From: Styela clava
Taxonomy: Eukaryota
DNA length: 64,000 nucleotides
Assembly (NCBI RefSeq): GCF_964204865.1
Contig: NC_135259.1
Span: 17,670,001 to 17,734,000 of the forward strand
Direction of reading: 5' to 3'
A program made the translations under genes and the position numbers. The notes below the pieces were generated by a model that saw nothing but the letters and a program-made list of their open reading frames with translations, did not search any database and was not told where the DNA came from. Of this stretch, positions 23,625 to 36,905 are shown in pieces; the first letter of the stretch is position 1; every line of letters starts with the position of its first letter.

Positions 23625-25761
23625 ATGAACATTATCGGAGTGACTATATTGCTTGGTTTGACTTTGTTTCACTCAGCAAACACGCTGCGTTGTCTTCCCT
23701 GTTATCAACTTGTGCTCGATCCTGAGGGAAAAGAAGTTAAAGTTAAAAGAGAATGTCCAAAACTAAACTGCCCCGGAACCGAAGCACCAGACGTTTGTCA
23801 GTAAGTGCATTCCTGACGCATTTATACTACACCTCTACTCTTAAAGGAATAATAAACTTTTTCTTGCGATATAAACAAGGACAAGCGAAAATATTTTTTG
23901 AACAAAAACCGATTTGCTATTGTAAACAGTTTTTATTTTATTTTCATTACATTAGACTTCAGCAAAGTATGTGTTGTCCTAAATTTCAAGCTTTTTTTTG
24001 TTCGATTTTGTTCAGCTGTTGTAATAGATGTGCTAAACAAAAAGATGAAACATGCGGTGGTGACTTCAATATGAATGGAGATTGTGAAAAAGATTTGAGA
24101 TGTGTAACACTACAAACCAGGTACAATCCCGACGGCAGTTTTTTCCTAGCACCTCCAAACAACCGAGGAGGAAAATGCAAAGATTCAGGTTAGATGACAT
24201 AAAATAACGAAATGAACCAAGATACACTACAATTTTTTTTTCACCATTTGCTATATAAAAGTTAGTGGTCGTCGCAAATAATGCACCTTTATGCTTGTTG
24301 CTTATTTATATAAAATTGTAATTTTAGCTGCTCCTCTTGATTGCATGGAAGTTTGTTCAAAGACGACTAATGCCAATAACGACCCAATTGGAATGGCAAC
24401 ACGAGGTAGAACGGCATTTTTTGACTACAAAAAGCCGAGTGAATCCTATTCACAGGGAACGTGGTTTTATTGTGATTGCAGCGATGGAGAAAGTGGAGAT
24501 GGATGATGGATGGTATGTCATACTTCATACAGTTTTTCGACCCTTTCCCGTTTCCTTGTTTGTATTTTTCCTATTATTTGCTTTCTTTTTCACACTTTTC
24601 ACGAGATTCGATTTATTTTTTATCCATCAGGTTATCCAGCGCCATCATCTAGACATGCAAGCATTCGACAGAGATTTGAGAAGTTACATCAATGGATTTG
24701 GGATGCCAACGGCAGACTATTGGATGGGTAAGGATACATTTTATCAATTATGTTATTAATTTATAATACTTCTGTATAGAACAATAAATCAACTTTGATG
24801 CAATTAAATCACCATCTTGCTTTTAGGTTTGAAAGCAATTCGCCATTTCACCAGTACTGTTCCACATGAACTGAGAATCACTATAAAATTAGTGGATGGA
24901 CGACAATTCACGACTTATTTTGAGTAAGTTAACGCTTAATATATAATTTTTCAAAAATAATTGAACATTGAAGTAATTTATGACTTTTTGTGGAAAAAAC
25001 ATCTTTTTATTCAATTCAATTGTCTATCTAAATTCTAGATGTAAAGTCTAATTCACTCTCATTGGTGTCAAATTATTATTTCCTTCTATTTCTAATCATT
25101 CGCTCCCGCTAAATCTAGATCAGGGGTTCTCAACCTTTTTCCTTATGTGGCTCCCTTTCGTTGCACAAAATTTTCATGATTCATTGACTTTTTATGCAAG
25201 CACTACAAAAAAAGCAAACAAATATGCTCGCAAAAATGGACACTTTTATTTCACTAATAAAAATATAATAACCCCTCAGTTGCCACTAAACAATATATTG
25301 TATATCAATTTGGATGAGCATGTATTATTATACAATCAGTTTAGGGATAAGGTATCTTGACGCAATCGTTCAATGTTTTATTTAAATTTATTTACAGCCA
25401 ATTCACCATTGGTGACGAAAAGGAAAACTTCAAACTGAGGGTAACTCCAACTACTGATCAAACAAGTGTTGATTTTGCTGCCATGCACAATGGCATGGAG
25501 TTCACAGCGCGTGATAGTGACAACGACCGCTGGAGGGATGGAAATTGTGCAAAATCGTACGGCGGTGGTTGGTGGTTCAATCGCTGCACTGATTTCAACT
25601 TGAATGGAAAACTCTATGGAATACCAATGTTCATAAAGGACGTCGGTGACGAGGATGGTCCAGACCGTATCACATGGGATGCTTGCAAAGGAAGGAAAAT
25701 CATCCAGACCGAAATGGCGATAAGGCCGTCTCTACGATATCCACCAATCTTATACAACTAA
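23625..25761 (+). pseudogene. IGFBP-N plus FReD gene, copy B; in-frame TGA at 24504-24506 (pseudogene or truncated product)
   Basis: Exons 23625-23800, 24016-24188, 24328-24512, 24631-24727, 24827-24923 and 25398-25761 mirror copy A with all splice sites intact. Exon 3 is 3 nt longer: GGA TGA TGG ATG versus GGA TGG ATG in copy A. Confidence 0.88.
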
Positions 25762-28700
25762 CTTTACTACAATAGTCAAAATCCATACTTGGATATCTAT
25801 ATTTTTACAAAATTTAGGTTTAAAACAAGAATAAGTTAAATGGTTTATTTAAATGTATGCTTTTGTTATAAAAGTGTATTTTTTTACCCATTGTCATTCC
25901 CTGGACGCCCATCATTTTAATCCCAATAAACTACTACTACCAATCATTTACAAATTACTTGAAACGATAATTAAAATCCATACTTCGATATCTACATTTC
26001 ACAAAATTCAAGTTTCAAATTTGAGTATAAGGTAAATGTTGTTAAATGGTATATTTAAAACATGTATGCTTTTGTTGCTATTGTGTATTTTCTTATTATC
26101 GCCATTTCCTGACCGCCGATCATCATTTATTTACCCCCGATAAATTACCTTGCCTACTTTCAAATTGAGACATCTCGTGTCTAATTTTAGCCTAAAAATT
26201 TGAACACTCTAAGGATATATATTCTAAAATGATTTTCGTCCGTTGTCCTTGAATTGTAGCAATACGCAACACTTGTATCAAATGTGGTACAGATGATCTT
26301 TGTTTATAAGTGACTTTAGTATAGCTTTTATAGAATAGATTTTATAGTTTAAACTTTCAATCGAATCGCCCGGAGGCAATTTTTCTCTGTATATCGTGTA
26401 TATCAATAAACTTGAGTATAATATTATTCTATATTTTGTTCTTTGGTCAGTTTTGAGAGTTCTTTCGAATGGATTTCAGATTATATAATAGCACATACCA
26501 TGGTCGGCATTATATTTGATTATCAAAAATACAATTTGGAAGAGAAATAAAACTGGTTTAACTGGCTATTTTAGAATCCAAATAAATGAGTGAACATACA
26601 TCAATCAATTTTACTTTGGTCGCTTTTACATAAAACATAACGATACAAAATAAACTACAAAGTTATTATTCAGAAGTAGGGCTGTCCAAAATCGAATTTT
26701 TTTTTATTTGAATCGAATATTTTCGCCGAATCGAACCGAATATTATTGCGCAATTGTAAATCTGTCTCTATCATACAATAACCGCCTGCCTTACAATGTT
26801 GTAGTAACGTATGTGCAGGTAAATCTCACTTACTGCTGGTATTTTGCAATACTATGTTTTCAGATTTATGAAATGAGATCACATGCTTGTATGAACTGGT
26901 CAAAAAAATGAGAGGACTTCAAAACTAGGGTTTCGAAAACTGTTGAGTGTTGATAGTAAAAATTACACTATTCACAAATTGCATTCTCAATTTTAATGTA
27001 TTCAGTTTTAATAGGTCATGTAAGTAAAGCATGTAGATGCTATTTTAATCCTATCATCACCAGTCTTTTTTTTTTGTGTAATTTTCAGCAAAATGTTAAC
27101 AACCATTAAAATAGATAAACTGTTGCTCAAATTCAAAATTGCATTTAACAAATTTGAAGCTAGTTTGATGACAATATTATTTGATAACTATAATATTGTT
27201 AGTCTACGACAGCCATCAAAATGCAAGAGTGCAATTATTTGTCTTGGTAAATGGATGGATAATACAGTATTGCCATCATACGATATTACAAATTACATTG
27301 AAAGAAGGTATTGCCATCATAAGGATCCCACAATACCTGTTTCTGCTTTGAGTTGCCTGTACCATGTTCCTATGATAACTAACTCAATAGCTTCAAATCG
27401 ATTTTATTTATAGAACTATTGTTTTCTAAGATACTAAATTGCCCTTTTCTCCTTGTTCTCTCTCAAAAACGTCATTGCCGACCATTGTAGAATTTGTGTG
27501 TAGTGGAGCATGTCTCACTGAACCCCGGTTCATTGTTCACCATAGCAAAAAAAAATATTTCAGACCATCCCACGTCGAGATCAGGAAAACACATGTAATC
27601 ACCAACATTATGAATATTTCCCATTGGAGTAGAACTAAAAAATACTATACAGTGGTTTGTTCTCTGGGAAAGCCTGAAGTAGAAAAAAGAAAAAAGATTG
27701 ATATGGCAAGATTTTAGTTTGAACCTTCCGAAACTAGTTTCATCTCATTGCTTGCGTCGCTATGCACTGCCGCTGGCGATTTGCAGGGATGTTGTAACTT
27801 GCCGAAAGGCGGATTCAAATATCGACCGCGAAACTGATTCCGAATATAGCATGAGTGTGAGAGATGTTTTTTCCACTGTGCCTCATGTCCCACCTTCCCC
27901 TACATACGTAGGCTACTTAGCACCCATGCATTTATCAATGTAGAATGAAAATTACTTCTCGCGATTGTACAGTGTTCAGGACAAAGTGAGATGAACAACA
28001 CTAAAATTGCCAGAACCGCTAAAAACAATTATTAGATTAAACGAGGACAAGTCGGTGGAAGCCCAGAATCCCCGCTTATACTTAAGGTGGCCCGAACTCC
28101 AGCAACACGTTATCATCCACGCAAAATTGCACCTAAAACGACGGCGACCCTAGTAGTGTGCCTTCCACCTGAAGTCCGGATTGATATTTGTTTCCATGTC
28201 ATCAGCGAAAAACGCGCCGTCGTTGAGAAATTTCTAGTTTTTTGCCGTTATCTCGTAAACTATCTCAAAAATTGCAATCCCAAGATATCTACCTACGCAG
28301 TAGTGTGAATACTCTTTTTATTCAGCCAATTTTATCTCGGTTATTCATATAAATTAGAAGAAGTGTTAGGAATTTTAGTAAACATGATTAATTATTTGGC
28401 CCGACTGAAGGCGCCGAACGGGTGACAACTACGTCAATTTAGTCCCGTTTCATACAAGTAAATCCCACTTTGCCACGAACAAACCGTGCATAGAATTGCC
28501 TATTTTTCAATACTCTTGGGGGCTTCTATTTAATGCGCTTCGCTGTCGTCCGGAGTGTTACTGGATTTTCCGAGCGTCAGTTTTGTTTGTATGTACATTC
28601 GTCCGATCAAATAGCAAATTCCCCGTTTCTACGCTATCTGCCGAAGTTAGAATGGTTCGCAGCCGTAATCTGACGCGGCAAGTTCCCCACACGAGATTTT

Positions 28701-31556
28701 CCGTTCTCTAACAAAGTAAAAAGCATTTGCCTTCGTTCCGGCCATCAATAGCTCTGCCAATGCTGGCGGGTCGCACCAGCTTGTCACGCCTCAGCCTAAG
28801 TCATCATGAAACTGATTGGATCAATATGCCATTCATACGTATGAAACTCTCAACTTCATGTACTAAACATGTTACCACAAACACAGCTTCTGCGTGTTTT
28901 TTCTGTCAAATATTGCGGATAAATTTTAGTGTCCACTTTACGGATAATGCAGATGCATTAGGTGGGGAAGTCATATATTATTTAGCTACACGTATTAATA
29001 AGTATAACTAGTAAGAGCAAATTTTTCTGGTCAGTATAAATCTGGCAAGGTAGAATCGAAAGTTAATAACTCTTTCCTTGTAATTAATGTATCGGCGAGG
29101 TCGTAGACCAGTGGTTCTTAAACTTTTTGAGCCGCGCCCCCCTTTGAAAAATTTTATGAACTTCGCGCCCCCCTTTTTGCTTTGGAAAAATGGGCAGGTT
29201 GGTTTATAGTAAGATGGCGCTGTAAGAGTGTTTGTCTAAGATTGCGCAGGCATAGAACGTATCGGGGTACAATTTTGCCTTTCACTGTCGTATGTATGAA
29301 GCCATACACAAATCATCATACTGGGCATCATACATTCTCGTTTTCCCGCTCAGTTTGCAATACCTAGTGAAGTCAACTTAAATTTTACGTAAAATTAAAC
29401 ACGCAATAAACATATGCTCTTTGCGCTTTAAGGTATTTTCTTGCATATACGTTTACGACACGTAAAATTTCAATCGTTTACTTCGCTATTGAGCAATGCA
29501 AAAATAATTCATTTAAAACCTTCGAATAGGACAGCTGGGGTTCAAGATGGATTGAGCCTGATAAATATGCTAGATTGATCCACCATTTTCTACACATCTT
29601 GTACTGGGCGAACTTAACATTTTTATTATGTATTAAATTTTTTTGTAAATTTCGAAATCAATATGGTTACCAAAAAATTGAGTACTCAAGTAGTATGTGT
29701 ACCAGGTTATGGTAAAGCCATAACTTTATTCCAATCTTCCTTGTTTTAGTTCTTCTAAGAGTTCGGGGACTGTCTGTGTTAGCCAAGTGAATATACTCCA
29801 TGCTCATAGGTTTCAGTCTCTTTACACAACTTGATGCAAAATAGACAAACAAAATTAGTAATCGCCATATTGATACACTTTTTTCTGGAACGCCCAAAAT
29901 TGTTCCTTCAAGGATCAAGGCTCCGCGCACTTGATTTTTACATTTATTTGAGCTCTGCGTATTAGTCACCCGGCGAAGAACACATACGAATTAGTTTTGT
30001 CAAGTTCTATTATCTGAATGTGACGGCGGATAGACATAATGACTTTGTTGTAAGATGTTGAGCAGGAATGACAAACCAAAAAATCGTTAGGCCACGCATT
30101 GTAGCGGTACTTATGCCTGTTAGTTTGAATATAGAGACGAGCACAGGTGTCGGACTTATTGTATAGCCTACGTCTCACGATAATTAAAGAATAGTATCAC
30201 ACCTATAAAAAGTCTATTATATTGCGTCCAGTTCGTGAGTATAACCTAGTACCAAAATTATTTTAATAAAATTTTCAAATATCAGAAACCTCCGTAGAAA
30301 ATCACCGTAGAGTCCGCTATACAAGTATGAATACTGGTGACATAAAAGGCAAAATTACATAGAAGAGAGCTAAGTGCAGTAGTAAGTTAATATGAAGCTT
30401 AAAACTGTTTTGCTGCTGCAGTGACTGAGTGGGATATAGCTGCCTTAAATAGGGCACTGTTAAAAAAGTCAGTTGAAGTACGTTTGAATATCATTCTACA
30501 GTAACTTCAATACTGTTAAAAGGTGACAGTAGTTGAACGCTCAAATAGCATTTCACCGTAAATTTTTAATAATATCAAAAGGCGTCAGTTGTTGAACGTA
30601 GAATGTAGAATACCTATTTTTTTGCGATCTTGCGAATTTGTTATCGCCGTTAAAAAAATTCTACTATCTGCTATAAATTTCCAGAAACAACTTACAACTT
30701 ACAACTTAATTTAGTACTTATTAATAATATCTTTAAATTATATTAGTAAATCAAAAATACATATATATTCATCGCCCTGCTTTATTAATAATATTATTGT
30801 GATCGTTTTAATCTGCGGTTGTGTTGACGAAATAAAAGAAATACTACTCAGAAAATATTATGACAATCCGTGGACACAGAAATACGTGGTAAAGTGGCCG
30901 AATATATTTTGTTCTGATTTGTAATTTTGTGAATTTGACAAATCTGAGCTGTTCGTACAACACCTACGGCAGTACTGTGGGTACCAATATGGAGGCAGTA
31001 AAGCAAAGAATCCTAAGGAAAGAGAAGGGAAATGCCCTGGTGTTTTCCGTTTTATTTTTAGTATTTTGTATTGCCGCCTTTCAATTTAGAAAATATAGGT
31101 TGCCATCATTGACACCCACCAGAAAAAAAAATATTCCCCGTTGTTCTAACTCGCGAGAAACACCACCCAGGTATCTATTGACGCGTGTGCCGAATCGTGT
31201 TCTCGTCGGCAATCCACAGGTGTGAAATTCCATCGTTTAATTAGGCGACGCGCAAGTGACCTGTCGTCACCTGTTACCAAAACTTTCGAATAGTAAATTG
31301 CTATTCTAATAGTTGAATATTCGAATATATGCACAACCCTATACAATGACCAGTAATATTTGACTCGATTAATGTTATCTGAATAAACTTGCTTTTTATG
31401 TGTTATGTAAATTTTAACGTAAATCGTAACTTGGCTGATAGTTAGTTTCGCAAAAACGTTTACGGCCCGCAGTGAATTTCTGGCTCGTTGCGGACTCAAA
31501 CTCTCTGCGGTCTCGTTTTAGACCGCGGACTCGGGTTGGGAAACAGTGGCTTAAAC

Positions 31557-32735
31557 CAGGGGTGTCAAACTCGTGGGTTTTCAAGAGCCGCATGCATTTT
31601 GGGAATTGTGCAAAGGGCCGCAAACAGTTTTTGATATATTTTGATCCTGTATACTTTAAGCATATTTTCAGATAGGCGTAGTTTGTGACATATATTGTGA
31701 TGCAATTAAAAAGCAGAATGAAGTTTTGTTATTTTCTTAAATTTCAAATGCCATTTAAATAATAATTATTGCATTTCACTATTATTGCAATTTTCTGTAA
31801 TAATTACAAAAAAAAAAACATGTACAACTATCCAAAACACTCATGAACAAAATTTTGGCAAGGAAAGCATAATACATACACAAAAAATGTCTTAATCTAA
31901 ATATATGAACCTTGAATTTATAAAAATACTACAGAATAAACTCACTGTTTTTATTACATATGTCTTGGCGTTCTGCATCAATTTTGTGCCACAAGCTTAC
32001 TAATATCAGACAGAAATGATTTTACAGTACCAACTCTAATTAACGAGCTCACATGATCATCGGTTAATCTGGATCGTTCAGAATGTTTGCTTAATTTCAG
32101 TAATGCAAAAATATTACGTTCATCATTTCATGTATAGATCAGTAAACAAACAAATGACTGACTTTTCGGCCACACATTTCCCGCCACGTTTCCTACCATT
32201 ACGTGACGTAGGATCGCTTGAGTTATGACTGATATTGATTTTCAGTAACTAGGTAGTTGTATAATTATAATAATATACAAACACAAAAAAATTTCTGTTT
32301 GAAGTTGATCTTTAAATTTGTCATATTGACTTCTGAGCTTATTCTGATAATGGCTAATTATATCGTATTCTTTCATTGTACTAATAGAAATGTGACAAAT
32401 TGAACAAAGTGCTTTAGAATTTCAAGAAATGCAGAAATATAGCGACTCCCATTTTTTTTAAAAAACACCACTTTCTTCTTGTACTTTGCGTTTCATTTAA
32501 TCCCAGAAGTGTTCTTTTCTTTCAAGTTTTAGCTCAAGGCGTAAGCATATTTGGGTATTGTAATTTTCCAAAACTACTTTCAATAATTGTCTTTTTCTGT
32601 GTGAATAACCAATTTCACTTTAAAAGTTTTGAAAAATGTATTACATTTACATAACAAAAAACTTTCAAAATTTTACAATTATGGTTAGGCGTTCGGGGGC
32701 CGCATTGGAGGTTCTCTTCATGGGAGGCACCCCTG
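31557..32735 (-). mobile_element. Internally deleted hAT-Charlie/SPIN (GTF2IRD2/EPM2AIP1-like) transposon
   Basis: CAGGGGTG...CACCCCTG termini. Minus-strand N-terminal remnant MKRKVQEESGVF..WESLYFC..KALCSICHISISTMKEYDIISHY. C-terminal remnant FALLKLSKHSERSRLTDDHVSSLIR. Confidence 0.85.
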
Positions 32736-33576
32736 GTTTAGACTATAACGTAGTCATTTTTAATTGTAGCAATTGCCGTTTGTCTTAGCGTCTGAAACAA
32801 TTTGTCTTGATGTTTTGAAAATAAGTTTTATTATATCGAAAGTGTAAGTGAAATATTGATTTATATACATATTGAATGCATGAGATACTACAGAATCCTA
32901 CTGAGAATTTGCAATATTTCAGGGCTATTCGATTTCAAAATAGTATTGAGTTTGATTGCTACGGTAAAGGGTGGGCTATACCAAAATCTAAATCCATTGA
33001 CGACACAAAGGCTTTTTGCCACGAGGGCATCATTAGCCTAGAATATTTATCAGCAATATTTTTCTTCTATTAACCTATCCTTGCATTTCGGAAAAACTGC
33101 CACGCAACAGTTTGTTGTTCTCAGGTCGATTCCTATCGCTGGCATAATTTTGTTCGGTTATAGTAAATTCATATGTAAAATAAACGCTGAAATAAACGTT
33201 GCACTAAACATTATTGATATAAGACGAGTTGTAATGGGTTTTCTGAAGGTCGCCTTGCAAATATGAGGCGATATAAAACTTAACCCTGCCGATTCACATG
33301 CTAAAATGCACCTATGTGTCAGCGCCTGCGTATTGTAATAGCGGGTACAGATAATTTATACGTCATTACATAATCGTTTTCCATCTAAAACTCTTTTTAT
33401 TGAAAATGAATATACATTTATAGTTGTGATACCAAACAAGAAAAATGGATCAATTTTAGGCCATTACACAATTAATAGTTATTGTATTTATGTCTATATT
33501 AGCCTATATTTTCTTTGTGCTATTTTCCGTTATTTGACTCCTATTATGCTAATAGCATTGTCGGTGAACTGAGCTA

Positions 33577-36500
33577 CACTGTTAAAAATTTTTACATGGA
33601 ATTCCATGGCAGCAATTTTTATGGTATTTTCCGCTTAAAATTACTCAATTTGCCTTGTAAAAATTACAGGACAATCCCGTTTTCACAGCCCAAATTGCAG
33701 GGAATTCCTAATAATATTTATCTGACTTTCCGAGCTGATTTCACCTTAATTCCAAGTGAATCCGACCTGCTTTTCCCTGTAGAAAGTACACGACTTGCAT
33801 GTATACTTGACATGGATGTTCGTGTAAAATGCGTGATAGAATTTCGCTGTATATTCAGTTACATGGAATTCCGTGGCAGCAATTTAAACTTGGAATTCCG
33901 TGTATTCTCTAAGTAACACCCAATCTTATGACAGATTAACTAAAACAAACTTAGAGAAGTTTATTCTCAAAAACGAATCACCAAAAAATTGAACATAAAA
34001 ATCACAGGCACAGACAGGGGTGTGGTGACGACCCCAAAACTTTCAATATGTATTTAAGTGATTTTTGGGCATATTTTCCATCACTATATATGTCATCGAA
34101 ATAACAAATTTCTCAGCATGCGCCAAGACTTAAGACAATTTACAAATACGACCATGAACTCAAGCTAGAAATCCTAATATTTGACCCCCATCCCCCCAAA
34201 AATATATTGTTTCCGGCTTCCAATTGGTTACCGTCCAAATCTGAAGAACAGTACATTATATTAATCAAGTTTGATTTTAAAAATTAGTGGATTTCCCAAA
34301 ATCAGGTTTTCGTGGAAAATTTTAACAAAAAACAGCCAAAAATTTTTATTTTAATATAGTCTGAAGCGATTTTCTAGTGTTTTGATACTCCATAGCCGTA
34401 TTCGTTGCATTCTAAGTAAATATCTTGAATAATTCAATACCAAAATATGTTGAATAACTTTTTGGCAAGCAAAAAGACTGAAAATTAATCAAAAAAAATT
34501 TCCAACAAGTCGATTGAGGTACTAATATAAAATAATAATAATAATATTTTAACAAAAAACAGCCCAAAATTTTCATTTTAATATAGTCTGGAGCGATTTT
34601 CTAGTGTTTTGATACTCCAGAGCCGTATTCGTTGCATTCTAAGTAAATACCTCGAATAATTTAATACCAAAATATGTTGAATAACTTTTTGGCAAGCAAA
34701 AAGACTGAAAATTAATCAAAAAAAAAAATCGATCGAAGTCGATTGAGGTACTAATATACATAGTCACCCATCACTCGCTCATTGTACCGCCATTGATAAT
34801 GGACGTTCACAAATTCAATATGCATATTGAATACGTTAATGTCCTTTACAAATGACAGTACTATGAGCGAAGAATGGGTGACTGCATATGAGGACTTACT
34901 TGTGAAATCTACTTGGACTATAGTTCAAAATCTAGAAAAATACAACTTGTTCGATCGATTTTGATTTTTTTTTATTCAAGATGTCTTACATCGAATACAA
35001 AGAATATAACTATGAAATATCAAAACCCTAGAGAAGAATCGCACCAGACTATTACAATGAAAGTTTTCAAAACGATTTTAGGGAAATCCCCCATTTTCCC
35101 AAAATCAAACTTTGAAAAGAAAAAAATGTGATTTCCTTAATGTAAGCTAACAGGGAAACTAGGTAAAAAACTGTGAGTTTTTTCGTTACACAGTGTATTC
35201 GAAATTATATATAGTGAGTTCGCATATTTTAACAGTTGCATATTTTTTTCCGTAACCTCCGAACCTTCGGGTTGATCTCATGTCGAATTTTCTTTTCTTC
35301 AATTTTACTGTCTGCTCACCAAAATATCTGAAAAGAAAAGAGGGTGTTGACAACCCCATTATATCAAATACAGAGTTAGAGAAACACGCACATCTGGTCT
35401 GTTTTTTAACTCCATATAAAGTTCTAGTATAATGCTTGCTATTCAGCACAACTAATAATCCTCCACAGCAGTCAAGTTAGAATCTGAGTAGTTGTATGCA
35501 AAAAATATATTTACTTACCACCATTAAGTTGTCATAAAATGCTCAATAGAAGTTGTTTCAACCTACCTTTGAATGAACTCAAGAATGACAGCAGTCTTCT
35601 TTGGGTACACCAAAGGCAAAAATATGCCATGAATGGTATTCCATTAAAAAATCCTTCACTGTTGCCAATATTATCCTCTCAATAGACACATAGTAGGAAT
35701 ATTAGAATGTCAGAGAACCGCCTGTAAAAAGGAAAGTGTACTTAGCTCAAACTCAAAGCCTACATATTTAAAGAGACTTACAACGCAGTGGTATTGGCAA
35801 ACATCAAGATAAGATAGTGGATCGTTTTGCTTAATGAAAAGGAAAACCACAGTGTGAACAGCAAAAAATGAGTCTCGAGTGTATAACATGAGAAATCATA
35901 ATTCTACTTGCGGACGAGCACGAGCACGTGAGAGGTAAATTTAAAACAGGTCTTATTCATCATTGCTCAAATTTGGCCGAAGCTAACACAATTGGCAAGT
36001 TCATTAATGGTAATATTAGAGATTTAGGAAACATAATATCGAAGTTATATGCTTTGTGAGTGTCTCACTTGATTTTTTGTTTACTACTGTACATATGGTA
36101 AAAGCACTTCTCTCTGTAATCCACTACGTAGACATGCATTATTGGTAACACCTACCTGCAGACATTGATCGATTTTTCGTCGATGTTATTGAGCAACTCA
36201 TTCTGCTCTGCCTTGTAGGTGAAATGTTCATCTAAAAATCCACTCTAAAATAGGAAGGGCCACCCTGTCTGAAGGTCTGCAATCGGCAAATTGTTACAGT
36301 ATTGATATCAAGTCTGTGTTCCGTGTGATGCTTTCATCATAGAGTATCTCCCGCAATAACATCATCTTTTACTGATTTCTTATAAGTCTACTCTAATTGT
36401 AACATGCTCTAATAATCAAATTGACATGCTTGACAATCATTCTAGAAGTTTGAAAAGATTTCTGACAAGTTGTTGATAAACAATTTAAGGCCTATAAGTC

Positions 36501-36905
36501 ATCTTAACTTTCTGACAATATATAGGCCTAGCTATCACATAGTTCGGTAATATACCGGTATCGCCTACCAATCAGTATAACTCAAATCTACTACATTGAT
36601 CAACTTCCTCAATGAAACAGAAGAACTCGCCTTCCTGGTCAATGGCGGATCGCGGTTCGTGACAGTCAGTCGCTTTATCGCTTGCCGCATACGTTTTGGC
36701 GGGGGAAAATAGGCGTCTGTGATTGGTTTGTTTAAAAACGAGAGAATACAGTAGCCAATAGAAAAGCAAAAGAGATGACGTACAGTGAAATTCCATCGTT
36801 CTTCCAGGAATTTCCAGTATATTTTACGGCGTCACAAAAACAGGGAAGTGAAATGTATATTTAACTGCAATTTCCTTGTTAAAGCTACGAAAATTTTTAA
36901 CAGTG
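33577..36905. mobile_element. CMC/EnSpm-type non-autonomous DNA transposon
   Basis: TIRs CACTGTTAAAAATTTT...AAAATTTTTAACAGTG, each flanked by TA. A decayed minus-strand exon at about 35570-35720 reads ..VYPKKTAVILEFIQR, resembling the accessory ORF of animal EnSpm elements. Confidence 0.75.
34319..34758 (+). repeat. Tandem duplication, unit about 227 bp (34319-34529 and 34546-34758)
   Basis: Near-identical copies ATTTTAACAAAAAACAGCC...GATTGAGGTACTAATATA. Confidence 0.9.

Larger units (their letters stand above)
13854..26463. repeat. Inverted segmental duplication: arms about 13854-18660 and about 21340-26463, spacer about 2.7 kb
   Basis: Reverse-complement similarity covers exons, introns, the 3' flank (13858-13890 vs 26425-26460) and the upstream region (18581-18635 vs 21370-21428). 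Confidence 0.9.

Noticed and set aside
24504-24506. TGA as a selenocysteine codon
   Set aside because: It is an inserted triplet with no Cys at that position in the paralogue, and I saw no convincing SECIS in the AT-rich 3' UTR.
23753-24759. ORFs 23753-24193 and 24337-24759 as stand-alone genes
   Set aside because: They are intron read-through of the spliced IGFBP-FReD gene.
26678-29100. TAGGGCTG hAT-like start and TTAA-GGTGG Kolobok-like start with short ORFs
   Set aside because: Partner termini and transposase motifs were not identifiable by eye.
30929-31341. Possible hAT/ZBED remnant (MEAVKQRILRKEKG..., ending TGCACAACCCTA)
   Set aside because: No matching left end or TSD could be fixed and the peptide similarity is too short to call.
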